Assembly (NCBI GenBank): GCA_036676395.1
Contig: JAKFCY010000002.1
Coordinates: 269,715-293,714, forward strand
Reading direction: 5' to 3'
Length of the DNA stretch: 24,000 nucleotides
DNA from: Bdellovibrio sp.
GTDB taxonomy: Bacteria; Bdellovibrionota; Bdellovibrionia; Bdellovibrionales; Bdellovibrionaceae
Shown: positions 6,636 to 14,364 of the stretch, one piece after another
Position numbering within the stretch: the first letter of the stretch is position 1
Layout of the letters: every line of letters starts with the position of its first letter
The notes under the pieces: model-generated
Told to the model about the DNA's origin: nothing
What the model saw: the letters and a program-made list of their open reading frames with translations, nothing else
Databases searched by the model: none
Program-made: the position numbers and the translations under genes

Positions 6636-9333
6636 ACTGAAAGCGGGTTAAAGCTTCTTTAAGTGAAACTGCCTGAACTTTTGATTGCGCCAACAATAAT
6701 CTGTCAGCCGCAATTACATCTTCATCAGCATTAGCTACAAACTTCTCGTTGGATAATTTGTTCGTAAGTAAGTTGATGTCTTTATCAAGCTTTTCGATGG
6801 TTTTTTGAATACGTTTTAGCTCTTCATCAAAATCGACTAAACCTTCAAGCGGGATAATCACTTTCACTTGTGTGTCTTTTACCGATACCGAAGTTACGGC
6901 ACATTTCATTAAATCGCCATCAGCGCCGATATCTAAAGTTTCTAAACGACCGATCGTCATTAGCGCGGTACGGTTTTCGCTTAACGTTTTTTGAACAGCC
7001 TCATCAGTTACGCCCAGACGAACTTTAAGTTTAATAGCCGGGCTAATGCGGTTTTCACCGCGAATATTACGCATTGCTGTGATTACTTCTTTAACGATAT
7101 CAATTTCGTGCTCTGCTTTTTTACTGCCGAACGCTAAGAATTCACGATCATTAGCCGGTGTTGGGTAATTATCAATAATGCAGGCTTCTGCTTTTAACGG
7201 AAGTTTGGCATAGATCTCTTCAGTGATAAACGGGCAGAACGGGTGCAGAAGTCTTACGATGCGATTTAAAACATGCGCCATCACTAATTGCGTCGCTTGT
7301 TTTTGTTCGGCGTTTTGGCCAGCCATAATTGGCTTTGAAAATTCAATGTACCAATCACAGAATTGATTCCAGATAAATTGATAAAGTTCTAAAGCGGCTT
7401 CAGAGAACTTTTCGCCCTCTAAGGCTTCTTGCACTTTTTTCTCGGTATCGCCTAGTTTTGAAATAATCCATTGGTCAAATACGCTGATATTCGCTTTAGC
7501 TGGCATAGCTTTAAGGCCTTCAGCTGGAATCTGCATATCAGAAATGTTTGATAAGACAAAACGAGACGCATTCCAAACTTTATTCATAAAGTTACGGTAG
7601 CCCTCTAAACGTTGTTCAGAGAATTTAAAATCTTTACCGCTAAATAAATGCGCTAAGAAACTAAAACGTAAAGCATCAGCTCCGTATTTATCGATCATTT
7701 CAATTGGATCAATCGAGTTACCTAAAGATTTAGACATCTTACGGCCTTGAGCATCGCGAACTAATCCGTGAACATAAACTGTTCTAAACGGAACATCTTT
7801 TTTAAACTCAACGCCCATGACAATCATTCTAGCCACCCAGAAGAAAATAATGTCGTGCCCCGTAACTAAGTAATTTGTTGGGTAAAACGTTTTTTGTGTT
7901 TCAACAGAGTGTTGATCTTCATTTGGCCAACCCATTGTTGAAAATGGCCAAAGGGCAGATGAAAACCAAGTGTCCAACACATCTTCTTCCTGAGAAATTT
8001 TTGTGCTGTTGCAGTGATCGCAGTGAGTCGGCGTAGTTTCAGCAACCGTGTGCTTTTCGCAATCATGGCAGTGCCACGCGGGAATACGATGTCCCCACCA
8101 TAATTGGCGTGAGATACACCAGTCTTCAATAATATTCATCCAGTGAAGATAAACTTTTGTCCACGATTCTGGTTCAAAACGGATAGTGCCAGATTCAACC
8201 ACACGTTTTGCAGGAACAGCGAGCTCTTCCATTTTAAGAAACCATTGCTCAGACATAAATGGTTCAACGATAGCGTCTGTACGCGAACAGTGACCCACTG
8301 AATGCATGTGTGGTTCTTCTTTAACTAATAGGCCTTGTGCTTTTAAGTCTTCACAAACTTTTTTGCGAGCTTCTATAACTTTTAAACCCTGGTAAGGACC
8401 AGCGTTTTCATTCAATAGAGTTTTTTTAGTTAAAATATTAATAAATTCTAATTTGTGAGTTTTACCGATTTTGTAATCGTTAAAATCATGGGCTGGAGTA
8501 ATTTTCACCACACCTGAACCAAACGCAAGATCTACATAAGTGTCAGCGATGATTTTAATTTTACGATTGATCAACGGAACAGTTACAGTTTTTCCGATCA
8601 AGTGTTGGTAACGAGTATCGTCCGGGTGAACACATAATGCTGTATCACCTAACATGGTTTCTGGACGAGTCGTAGCTACAGTTAACATTTCACCAGTGCT
8701 ATCAACAGGATAGTTGATGTGGTAAAGAGTACCTTTAACTTGTTTGTGTTCAACTTCTAGATCAGAAATTGCAGACTCTAACGGGCCTGACCAATTGACT
8801 AAACGTTGACCTTTGTAGATTAAATTCTTTTTATATAAAGAAACAAAAGTTTTACGAACGGCTTTTGAAACGCCTTCATCTAATGTGAAAGTTGCGCGTT
8901 CCCAATCACATGAATCACCTAAACGACGCATTTGATTGTAAATACGATCGCCGTATTCATGTTTCCATTGCCAAACTTTTTCTACGAATTTTTCGCGGCC
9001 TAAATCATGACGGGTAACGCCGCCGTTTTTCTTTAATTCTTTTTCAACTACGGTTTGCGTAGCAATCCCTGCGTGATCTGTTCCTGGTAACCACATGGCA
9101 TTGAAGCCAGACATACGCTTCCAGCGGATTAACAAATCTTGAATGGTGTGATCAAGTGCATGGCCTAAATGTAAAAAGCCAGTGACGTTTGGAGGAGGTA
9201 AAATAATAGAAAACGGAGGTTTTGTTGATTGATCTTGGGCTTTGAAATAGCCTTTGTCTTCCCACTGTTTGTAAACAGTAGCTTCAACGTCTTGTGGATT
9301 ATATCTATCGGCCAATGTAGTTGGATTTGTCAT
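6634..9333 (-). CDS. valS: Valine--tRNA ligase
   Basis: 899 aa. It has the class I HIGH-type motif (PPNVTGFLHLGHAL), a literal KMSKS (GRKMSKSLGN), the ValRS-typical WCISRQLWWGHRIP segment and a C-terminal coiled-coil arm. Confidence 0.97.
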   Translation of the reverse strand: MTNPTTLADRYNPQDVEATVYKQWEDKGYFKAQDQSTKPPFSIILPPPNVTGFLHLGHALDHTIQDLLIRWKRMSGFNAMWLPGTDHAGIATQTVVEKELKKNGGVTRHDLGREKFVEKVWQWKHEYGDRIYNQMRRLGDSCDWERATFTLDEGVSKAVRKTFVSLYKKNLIYKGQRLVNWSGPLESAISDLEVEHKQVKGTLYHINYPVDSTGEMLTVATTRPETMLGDTALCVHPDDTRYQHLIGKTVTVPLINRKIKIIADTYVDLAFGSGVVKITPAHDFNDYKIGKTHKLEFINILTKKTLLNENAGPYQGLKVIEARKKVCEDLKAQGLLVKEEPHMHSVGHCSRTDAIVEPFMSEQWFLKMEELAVPAKRVVESGTIRFEPESWTKVYLHWMNIIEDWCISRQLWWGHRIPAWHCHDCEKHTVAETTPTHCDHCNSTKISQEEDVLDTWFSSALWPFSTMGWPNEDQHSVETQKTFYPTNYLVTGHDIIFFWVARMIVMGVEFKKDVPFRTVYVHGLVRDAQGRKMSKSLGNSIDPIEMIDKYGADALRFSFLAHLFSGKDFKFSEQRLEGYRNFMNKVWNASRFVLSNISDMQIPAEGLKAMPAKANISVFDQWIISKLGDTEKKVQEALEGEKFSEAALELYQFIWNQFCDWYIEFSKPIMAGQNAEQKQATQLVMAHVLNRIVRLLHPFCPFITEEIYAKLPLKAEACIIDNYPTPANDREFLAFGSKKAEHEIDIVKEVITAMRNIRGENRISPAIKLKVRLGVTDEAVQKTLSENRTALMTIGRLETLDIGADGDLMKCAVTSVSVKDTQVKVIIPLEGLVDFDEELKRIQKTIEKLDKDINLLTNKLSNEKFVANADEDVIAADRLLLAQSKVQAVSLKEALTRFQ

Positions 9334-9352
9334 AGCTATCTAAGATAGCAAT

Positions 9353-9682
9353 TTAGCCTCGGTCAGTCACCATTTGCTGATAACCGCCATCAATTAGATA
9401 GACGTTTGTATAACCTTTTTTTTCTAAACTATTCGCGATGCGCTCAGATTGCTTGCCATCAGGGCATAATAATAAAAGGGCAAAGTCTTTGGGGATCTTG
9501 CGGTCGTCTAATTCTTGCTGGAGCTGGCTTTCGGTAGTCATGACCTGCCAAGCTTCGACATGCATTTTTTGAATCGAAGAATACCAAGGGGCAATATCGG
9601 TTCCAAAATTAAAGAACATAAAGGGAACGCGGTTTTCGATCAGATTATTTAATTGGTAATAGCCGATTTTATTAAAACTCAT
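9353..9682 (-). CDS. Single-domain rhodanese-like protein
   Basis: 109 aa with a candidate active-site loop CPDGKQS followed by VYLIDGGY, typical of rhodanese layout. Its ATG overlaps the MFS stop codon (ATGA at 9679-9682). Confidence 0.75.
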   Translation of the reverse strand: MSFNKIGYYQLNNLIENRVPFMFFNFGTDIAPWYSSIQKMHVEAWQVMTTESQLQQELDDRKIPKDFALLLLCPDGKQSERIANSLEKKGYTNVYLIDGGYQQMVTDRG

Positions 9683-10944
9683 ACGTTTACCTTTTTCGCA
9701 TGATCTGGAAGATCTTTAAAAATCATAAAAATAATCGTTAATGCAAATAACGTGAAAGCACCAGCCAATAAAAATGGAGATCCTTTGAACGCGCTTTGTA
9801 GCAAAAAGCCGCCAATCGGTGGCCCAATGACTCGGCCTAACGCCGATAAACTTTGCGTGGTTCCCATAGCTAAGCCTTGTTCTTCTGGCGGAACAAGAAG
9901 TGAAACACTTCCCATAAAGGCAGGGTTTGTTAAGCCGTGACCTAACGATAACAGCGTCATCGTAATACCCATCGCCGGAATACTTGGTGCAAATGCAATT
10001 CCTGCAAGCCCTAAACCTAATAAAAGTAACCCCAGGCAAAGAACTTTCTTTTCGCCCACTTTAGGTAAAAGACGGCGCACTAAAAAGCCTTGCGTGAAAA
10101 CAATGATTACGCCGATATAAGCAAATCCAAAACTGACTTCTTTGATGTTCCAGTTAAAAATTTCTTTCATGTACAGCACCAAAGAAGATTCCATTAAAGC
10201 CATCGCCAGTGTTGCTAGCGCAAAGCAGGTCATCAGGGGGCCAACAGTTTTGGTTTTAAAATAACGAGCTAAGTGTGATAGCTTTTTTTGTTTTTCAGCG
10301 CTGTTCTTAGCGCGTGTTTCTGGGCTGATAGATTCTTTTAAATTAAAGTAAGCAAAAATAAATGTAAATAAACACAATAAAGCTACGCCGAAAGAAGAAA
10401 AGCCTGCGATAAAGCCCATGTCTGTAGACATTGTCTCGGCCCAAATAGTTAAGCCGCCACCGATCGCTGGTCCGAATAAAAATCCTAAACCAAAAGCAAC
10501 GCCGATCACGGCCATACCTTTAGATCTATTTTCTGGAGTCGTCACATCTGAAACATAAGCCGATGCGGTTGAGATTGAAGCTCCGAAAAAACCGGTTAAA
10601 ATACGCGCAACAAAAAGCATTTCTATTGAACGCGAATAGGCCAGTACCAAATAAGAAATCATTTCGCCCAAAAGGCAGTACATTAAAATAGGTCTGCGGC
10701 CGTAGCGATCTGATAGTTTTCCCCAAAACGGAGCAAAGATAAATTGCATCAATGAGTAAGACGCCATTAGTAAGCCCGCGATCCAAGGGGTTGCGCCGTA
10801 GTGAACACTTAAAAGCGGAATCACTGGAATGATCATTCCAAAACCTAAAAGGTAAATGAAAACTGTGAAAAATATTACGATAAGTGGTTTTGAATTTGGG
10901 TTGCTCATATTAGCCGATCTAGACCTTTGTCTTCTGCTTTTCAT
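9679..10944 (-). CDS. MFS transporter (DHA1/TetA-like efflux family)
   Basis: About 12 hydrophobic segments, with MFS motif A GKLSDRYGRRP after TM2. The start is uncertain: ATG 10944 (track) or ATG 10908 (MSNPNSK...). Confidence 0.85.
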   Translation of the reverse strand: MKSRRQRSRSANMSNPNSKPLIVIFFTVFIYLLGFGMIIPVIPLLSVHYGATPWIAGLLMASYSLMQFIFAPFWGKLSDRYGRRPILMYCLLGEMISYLVLAYSRSIEMLFVARILTGFFGASISTASAYVSDVTTPENRSKGMAVIGVAFGLGFLFGPAIGGGLTIWAETMSTDMGFIAGFSSFGVALLCLFTFIFAYFNLKESISPETRAKNSAEKQKKLSHLARYFKTKTVGPLMTCFALATLAMALMESSLVLYMKEIFNWNIKEVSFGFAYIGVIIVFTQGFLVRRLLPKVGEKKVLCLGLLLLGLGLAGIAFAPSIPAMGITMTLLSLGHGLTNPAFMGSVSLLVPPEEQGLAMGTTQSLSALGRVIGPPIGGFLLQSAFKGSPFLLAGAFTLFALTIIFMIFKDLPDHAKKVNV

Positions 10945-10972
10945 ATATAAACTCGGTTACACTGGTGTGGCT

Positions 10973-12175
10973 ATGAAAAAAACATCAAATACACTGCGTT
11001 CTAAGATTAATTTTGTCGTCTTAACGATGACACTTTTTTCAACTGCTCAAAGCTGGGCGTTTTTTGATCCCTATCAGGTGTATCGCCAGCAAAGATTCGA
11101 TTTGGCCGTAGATGCCCAATTTTATAAAACCACAGCCAATTTTGATTCAGGTGGTGAAAAAATCGACTTACCTTTTGAAAATAGCTTTCAAATTATCGAT
11201 GTGAATCCCCAATTACGCTGGGGGATGTTTCGTGACCTTGGGGTTCGTTTAGGCACTAACATTGGTTCTTCTGAATCCGTTGACCCAATTAATACACGCA
11301 ATAATTCTACCGTAAATCGTGTCGATGTCGGTGCCGATTACCAATTATTAAATTATGAATCTTTCCAAACGATCGTCGATTTTGAATATTCTCATCCTAT
11401 GGAAAAAGTCGACGTCGCTACTGATTCTTCATTAAACAGTAACGGGGCTTCTGAAATTAAACCAACGCTGATCATGAGAATGGATTTAGGAAGTTTTTAT
11501 CCGTACGCTTATTTGGGCGCAAACATTCGCAATGAAGGCTTATCAACATTATTAACTTATGGTGTGGGCGGGGAATTTCGCTTTTCAGAATTAGGATTAG
11601 GCGCCGTTGTTGAAGGTTTTAGTTCTGTTAAAGATGATGAATTCACTAATTCAGCTTCACGCCGTGATTTAATCACGACACGAGTGAATGGTGGCAGTAA
11701 AAAGTTTTATTCAATTAATCCAAATGCATTAGCCGCAGAAGTATTTTTAAATTTTGCGATGACAGAATGGATTAAGTTTAAAGCTTACGGTGGAGCGGAT
11801 GTAACAGGGTCAAATACCTCACAAGGATTTTTTGTCGGTGGTGCGCTGACATTGACTCTTGATTATGGCAATGGCAGTGATGATCTTGAAGAACAACGTG
11901 TGATTCGTCGTTCGCAGCGCCCGGCAAAGAAAGTAAAAAAACCAGTCGATAACGGTTTCAAAGAAAGCACTGATGATGGCGTAGATCAAAATTATTTTAA
12001 ATCTGTAGATCCAAGTAATGATGATTACGTGCAACCCATTGAAGAAGAAGAACAGCAGGCAGTACCCCAAAATGGAACCAGTTCTAGTGTTAATCCAAGT
12101 ACACAAGGCGATTTGGATCAACTCGGTTACCAAATCAAATTAAAGAAACTTAAAAAGAAAAAGAAAAATCAGTAG
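10973..12175 (+). CDS. Putative outer-membrane beta-barrel-like protein with a long charged C-terminal tail
   Basis: Start moved to ATG 10973 (MKKTSNTLRSKINFVVLTMTLFSTAQSWA signal peptide); the 10856 start would overlap the divergent MFS gene. Amphipathic strand-like segments are visible (VDVGADYQL, IVDFEYSH, TLIMRMDL, AAEVFLNFA, GGALTLTLDY). A 102-aa acidic/basic tail ends in KLKKLKKKKKNQ. Confidence 0.65.
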   Translation: MKKTSNTLRSKINFVVLTMTLFSTAQSWAFFDPYQVYRQQRFDLAVDAQFYKTTANFDSGGEKIDLPFENSFQIIDVNPQLRWGMFRDLGVRLGTNIGSSESVDPINTRNNSTVNRVDVGADYQLLNYESFQTIVDFEYSHPMEKVDVATDSSLNSNGASEIKPTLIMRMDLGSFYPYAYLGANIRNEGLSTLLTYGVGGEFRFSELGLGAVVEGFSSVKDDEFTNSASRRDLITTRVNGGSKKFYSINPNALAAEVFLNFAMTEWIKFKAYGGADVTGSNTSQGFFVGGALTLTLDYGNGSDDLEEQRVIRRSQRPAKKVKKPVDNGFKESTDDGVDQNYFKSVDPSNDDYVQPIEEEEQQAVPQNGTSSSVNPSTQGDLDQLGYQIKLKKLKKKKKNQ

Positions 12176-12292
12176 GACGCTTCGTGGCTATTTGCCACAG
12201 TAGCCTTTCTTATTACAATCATAACAAAATAAATAATGACAAGTTTTATAAGCCTTGATAGCTTGTCTCTATTCTATTGAAAGGAGAATCAC

Positions 12293-12376
12293 ATGATTAC
12301 AAATATTAATACGCACGCCTTAGAGCAAACATTAGCCGTCGAAATGTCCGATTCTCCTATGGCACATCAATTCTAG
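12293..12376 (+). CDS. Candidate 27-aa small ORF (MITNINTHALEQTLAVEMSDSPMAHQF)
   Basis: Near-consensus Shine-Dalgarno AAAGGAG (GGAG 12283-12286) lies 6 nt upstream of ATG 12293, in an otherwise ORF-free stretch. No other support. Confidence 0.2.
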   Translation: MITNINTHALEQTLAVEMSDSPMAHQF

Positions 12377-12545
12377 CAGTCTTGCCAGAATACAAAAGAG
12401 AATCCAAACAAATTTAAAGAATGAATCGCGATAATTAACATTATCGTCAAAGCTCATTGTGGCTTTTTCATTCTAAAATTTCAAAAAAACAGATCAATTA
12501 TTTTTATTTAACCGCACTCGGAAACGAGGGCAAAAAGGATATTTT

Positions 12546-12797
12546 ATGAAAAATGCTAAAAATTATTTAGCAGTGTACGAAAATTGGGAAAACTCAAACG
12601 CGGAGGAGCTTTGGCGCCTTTGGAAAAGCGTTCTAAAGTGTATTAGCCTGATCGCTTACTCATTTCACGCTATCGTGAAACTAGCGATCGGGTTTTTATT
12701 AAATTCTAATTATTTAGTTAAGCACAACGAATTCGGAAAACTACCAGAAGAAATTTCTGGTAGTTTTTCTAACAATCAGAACTGGTATCGTAACTAA
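12546..12797 (+). CDS. Hypothetical 83-aa protein
   Basis: AAAGGA lies about 8 nt upstream of the ATG, and the stop codon sits in the loop of a strong terminator hairpin. However, a second terminator-like hairpin lies inside the 3-prime coding part, and there is no family resemblance. Confidence 0.4.
   Translation: MKNAKNYLAVYENWENSNAEELWRLWKSVLKCISLIAYSFHAIVKLAIGFLLNSNYLVKHNEFGKLPEEISGSFSNNQNWYRN
12741..12768. terminator. Terminator-like hairpin 1 (bidirectional A-tract/stem/T-tract)
   Basis: CTACCAGAA (12741-12749) pairs with TTCTGGTAG (12755-12763). It is flanked by AAAA (12737-12740) and TTTTT (12764-12768). Confidence 0.55.
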
Positions 12798-12820
12798 TAC
12801 CAGTTCTGATTTCTTTTTTT
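12775..12820. terminator. Terminator hairpin 2 (14-bp stem plus T-run), likely shared by convergent transcripts
   Basis: ATCAGAACTGGTAT (12775-12788) pairs perfectly with ATACCAGTTCTGAT (12797-12810) and is followed by TTCTTTTTTT (12811-12820). It lies about 60 nt beyond the divIVA stop on the other strand. Confidence 0.8.
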
Positions 12821-12870
12821 ATGTCGGACAAGGGAGGGACGATGAAGTATGTATTTTATTTTTGTAAGAA

Positions 12871-13356
12871 CTATTCCAGATCCATGTTTTGCATGCGCAT
12901 TTTCGGCATGTAAGTTTCAGCTTGTTCTAATAATGACAAGTGGGCCTGAGCCATGGCTTTAAGATTGGCTTCGAATTGCATTCTTGATTTTTTAAGATCA
13001 GAAATTTCAGTGTAGATTTTACGTAAAGAATCTTTTGCATCACAAGTGATTGTTTCTGCCTTTTGTTGGGCCTCAGCAATGACTAATTTGCATTCGTGTT
13101 CTGCTTCTTGTTTCATTTGATCTGATAACTTAGTCGCTTGCGTGATAGCGCTGCGTAAGACATTATCGCGATCACGAAATTCGTGAAGCTGTAATTCTTT
13201 TTCTTTAAGTTCTTCAGTTAGTGTTTGAATTTGTTGTGCAAGATTTTCAGTTTGCGCAGCAATAATCGTCAGAAAATTCACAACTTGTTCAGGATCAAAG
13301 CCCATCATCTTGCGATCAAAGGTCTTATTGATAATCTCAGTTGGGTAAAATTTCAT
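12871..13356 (-). CDS. divIVA: DivIVA-domain cell-division/polarity protein
   Basis: 161 aa. The N-terminal DivIVA lipid-binding domain pattern (YPTEIINKTFDRKMMGFDPEQVVNFL) is followed by heptad-rich coiled coil. GGAGG lies 7 nt upstream of the ATG. Confidence 0.9.
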   Translation of the reverse strand: MKFYPTEIINKTFDRKMMGFDPEQVVNFLTIIAAQTENLAQQIQTLTEELKEKELQLHEFRDRDNVLRSAITQATKLSDQMKQEAEHECKLVIAEAQQKAETITCDAKDSLRKIYTEISDLKKSRMQFEANLKAMAQAHLSLLEQAETYMPKMRMQNMDLE

Positions 13357-13508
13357 TTAATTCCTCCATGAATCAAATTACGAACCCGTTGGTCTCTATT
13401 TAAGTATAGGCAATCCTTGCCCTAAAAAAAAGTCGAGTCCAAGGATGTGGTCATATCCTGTACTTTAGGAGGAGGGCCAAAAGTCGTGCTGAATTGTGTC
13501 GTTTAAAC

Positions 13509-14354
13509 TTAGCTTAGACCTAAGTCTGTCTGGCGTGAGATTTCGCGTGAGCGAAGGGCGGCTTTTTCAAAGCTGATGCGTAAAGCACGTTCGATCTCTA
13601 ATTCGCGCATTGAATTTAAACCAGCTGCTGTAACCCCTTTTTTAGAAGTCACTCGCTGTTGTAATTCTTCGATATCTACACTTGAAGATTGCGCCGCTAA
13701 TAGTGATGCACCAACAAACGTTTCGATCGTCATTACTTTGGCCTGTTCAGGTGTAAAGCCATGTTCAATGATCCAATCCTGCCAGTACATCATCATTTCA
13801 AAAACAAAACCTGTACCGCTAGAGCAAGAAATCATTAAAGCATCAAATTGGTCTTCAGTGTCTAATTCTAAAATTACGCCTAACCCTGAAAACAGATCTT
13901 TCGTGATTTCAATAACAGCAACATCTTTTTTGTGCGCCAGTAATCCTAAAACACCGCGACCGATTAATGATGGCGTGTTTGGCATAAGTCGAACAAGGCG
14001 ACCTTGGGGAATTAATTTTTCTAAGGAGTGCATCGGAATGCCAGCAGCTAATGAAATGATGATTTGATTTTCATCGAAAGCAGAAACTAAATTTGCCATC
14101 GCTGCAGGTAAGTCTTGCGGTTTCATCGCTAAAATCACGATGTCACATTCTTCGACGATCTGTTCGTTATGTTCACGAATTTCGATTTGATATAATTCTT
14201 TAAGCTTAAGTGGTTTACCCGGAGTGCGGTTCGAGACAAAAATCTGATCAGGTCTCATGAGCTTTGACTCAATCATTCCTTTAATGAGGGCCTGAGCCAT
14301 GTGTCCTGCGCCGATGAAACCAATTTTGTAAGACCGAAGTAAAGGGTGAGTCAT
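13509..14354 (-). CDS. proC: Pyrroline-5-carboxylate reductase
   Basis: Rossmann motif IGFIGAGHMAQAL, MPNTP motif and C-terminal VTSKKGVTAAGL. Start reassigned to ATG 14354 (281 aa), because the track start at 14423 overlaps the upstream gene by 59 nt and adds a non-homologous extension. Confidence 0.9.
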   Translation of the reverse strand: MTHPLLRSYKIGFIGAGHMAQALIKGMIESKLMRPDQIFVSNRTPGKPLKLKELYQIEIREHNEQIVEECDIVILAMKPQDLPAAMANLVSAFDENQIIISLAAGIPMHSLEKLIPQGRLVRLMPNTPSLIGRGVLGLLAHKKDVAVIEITKDLFSGLGVILELDTEDQFDALMISCSSGTGFVFEMMMYWQDWIIEHGFTPEQAKVMTIETFVGASLLAAQSSSVDIEELQQRVTSKKGVTAAGLNSMRELEIERALRISFEKAALRSREISRQTDLGLS

Positions 14355-14364
14355 ACTCGTTAGG

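Noticed and set aside
7866-8129. 87-aa ORF inside valS
   Set aside because: It is an off-frame ORF within a highly confident valS coding region.
9334-9352. Possible T-box or other leader upstream of valS
   Set aside because: Only 19 nt are available, far too short for a T-box riboswitch. Only a 6-bp hairpin is present.
9716-10786. Three ORFs (9716-10039 -, 9752-9940 +, 10526-10786 -) inside the MFS gene
   Set aside because: These are off-frame or antisense ORFs inside a 12-TM transporter gene, with Arg/Cys-rich artefactual translations.
10856-10972. N-terminal 39-aa extension of the OMP-like gene (track start 10856)
   Set aside because: It would overlap the divergent MFS gene start by about 90 nt. 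The internal ATG 10973 gives a canonical signal peptide.
11819-12133. 104-aa antisense ORF opposite the OMP tail
   Set aside because: It is a shadow of the low-complexity K/E/D-rich tail region (F/I-rich translation from the A-rich sense strand).
13357-13508. 152-nt proC-divIVA spacer as an ncRNA or terminator (T8 run on the minus strand at 13424-13431 with weak flanking hairpins)
   Set aside because: The hairpins are 5-6 bp and poorly positioned relative to the T-run. The spacer more likely holds a divIVA promoter or leader. I could not support a discrete feature.
13576-14067. 163-aa plus-strand ORF opposite proC
   Set aside because: proC on the minus strand has clear family motifs, and the antisense translation has none.
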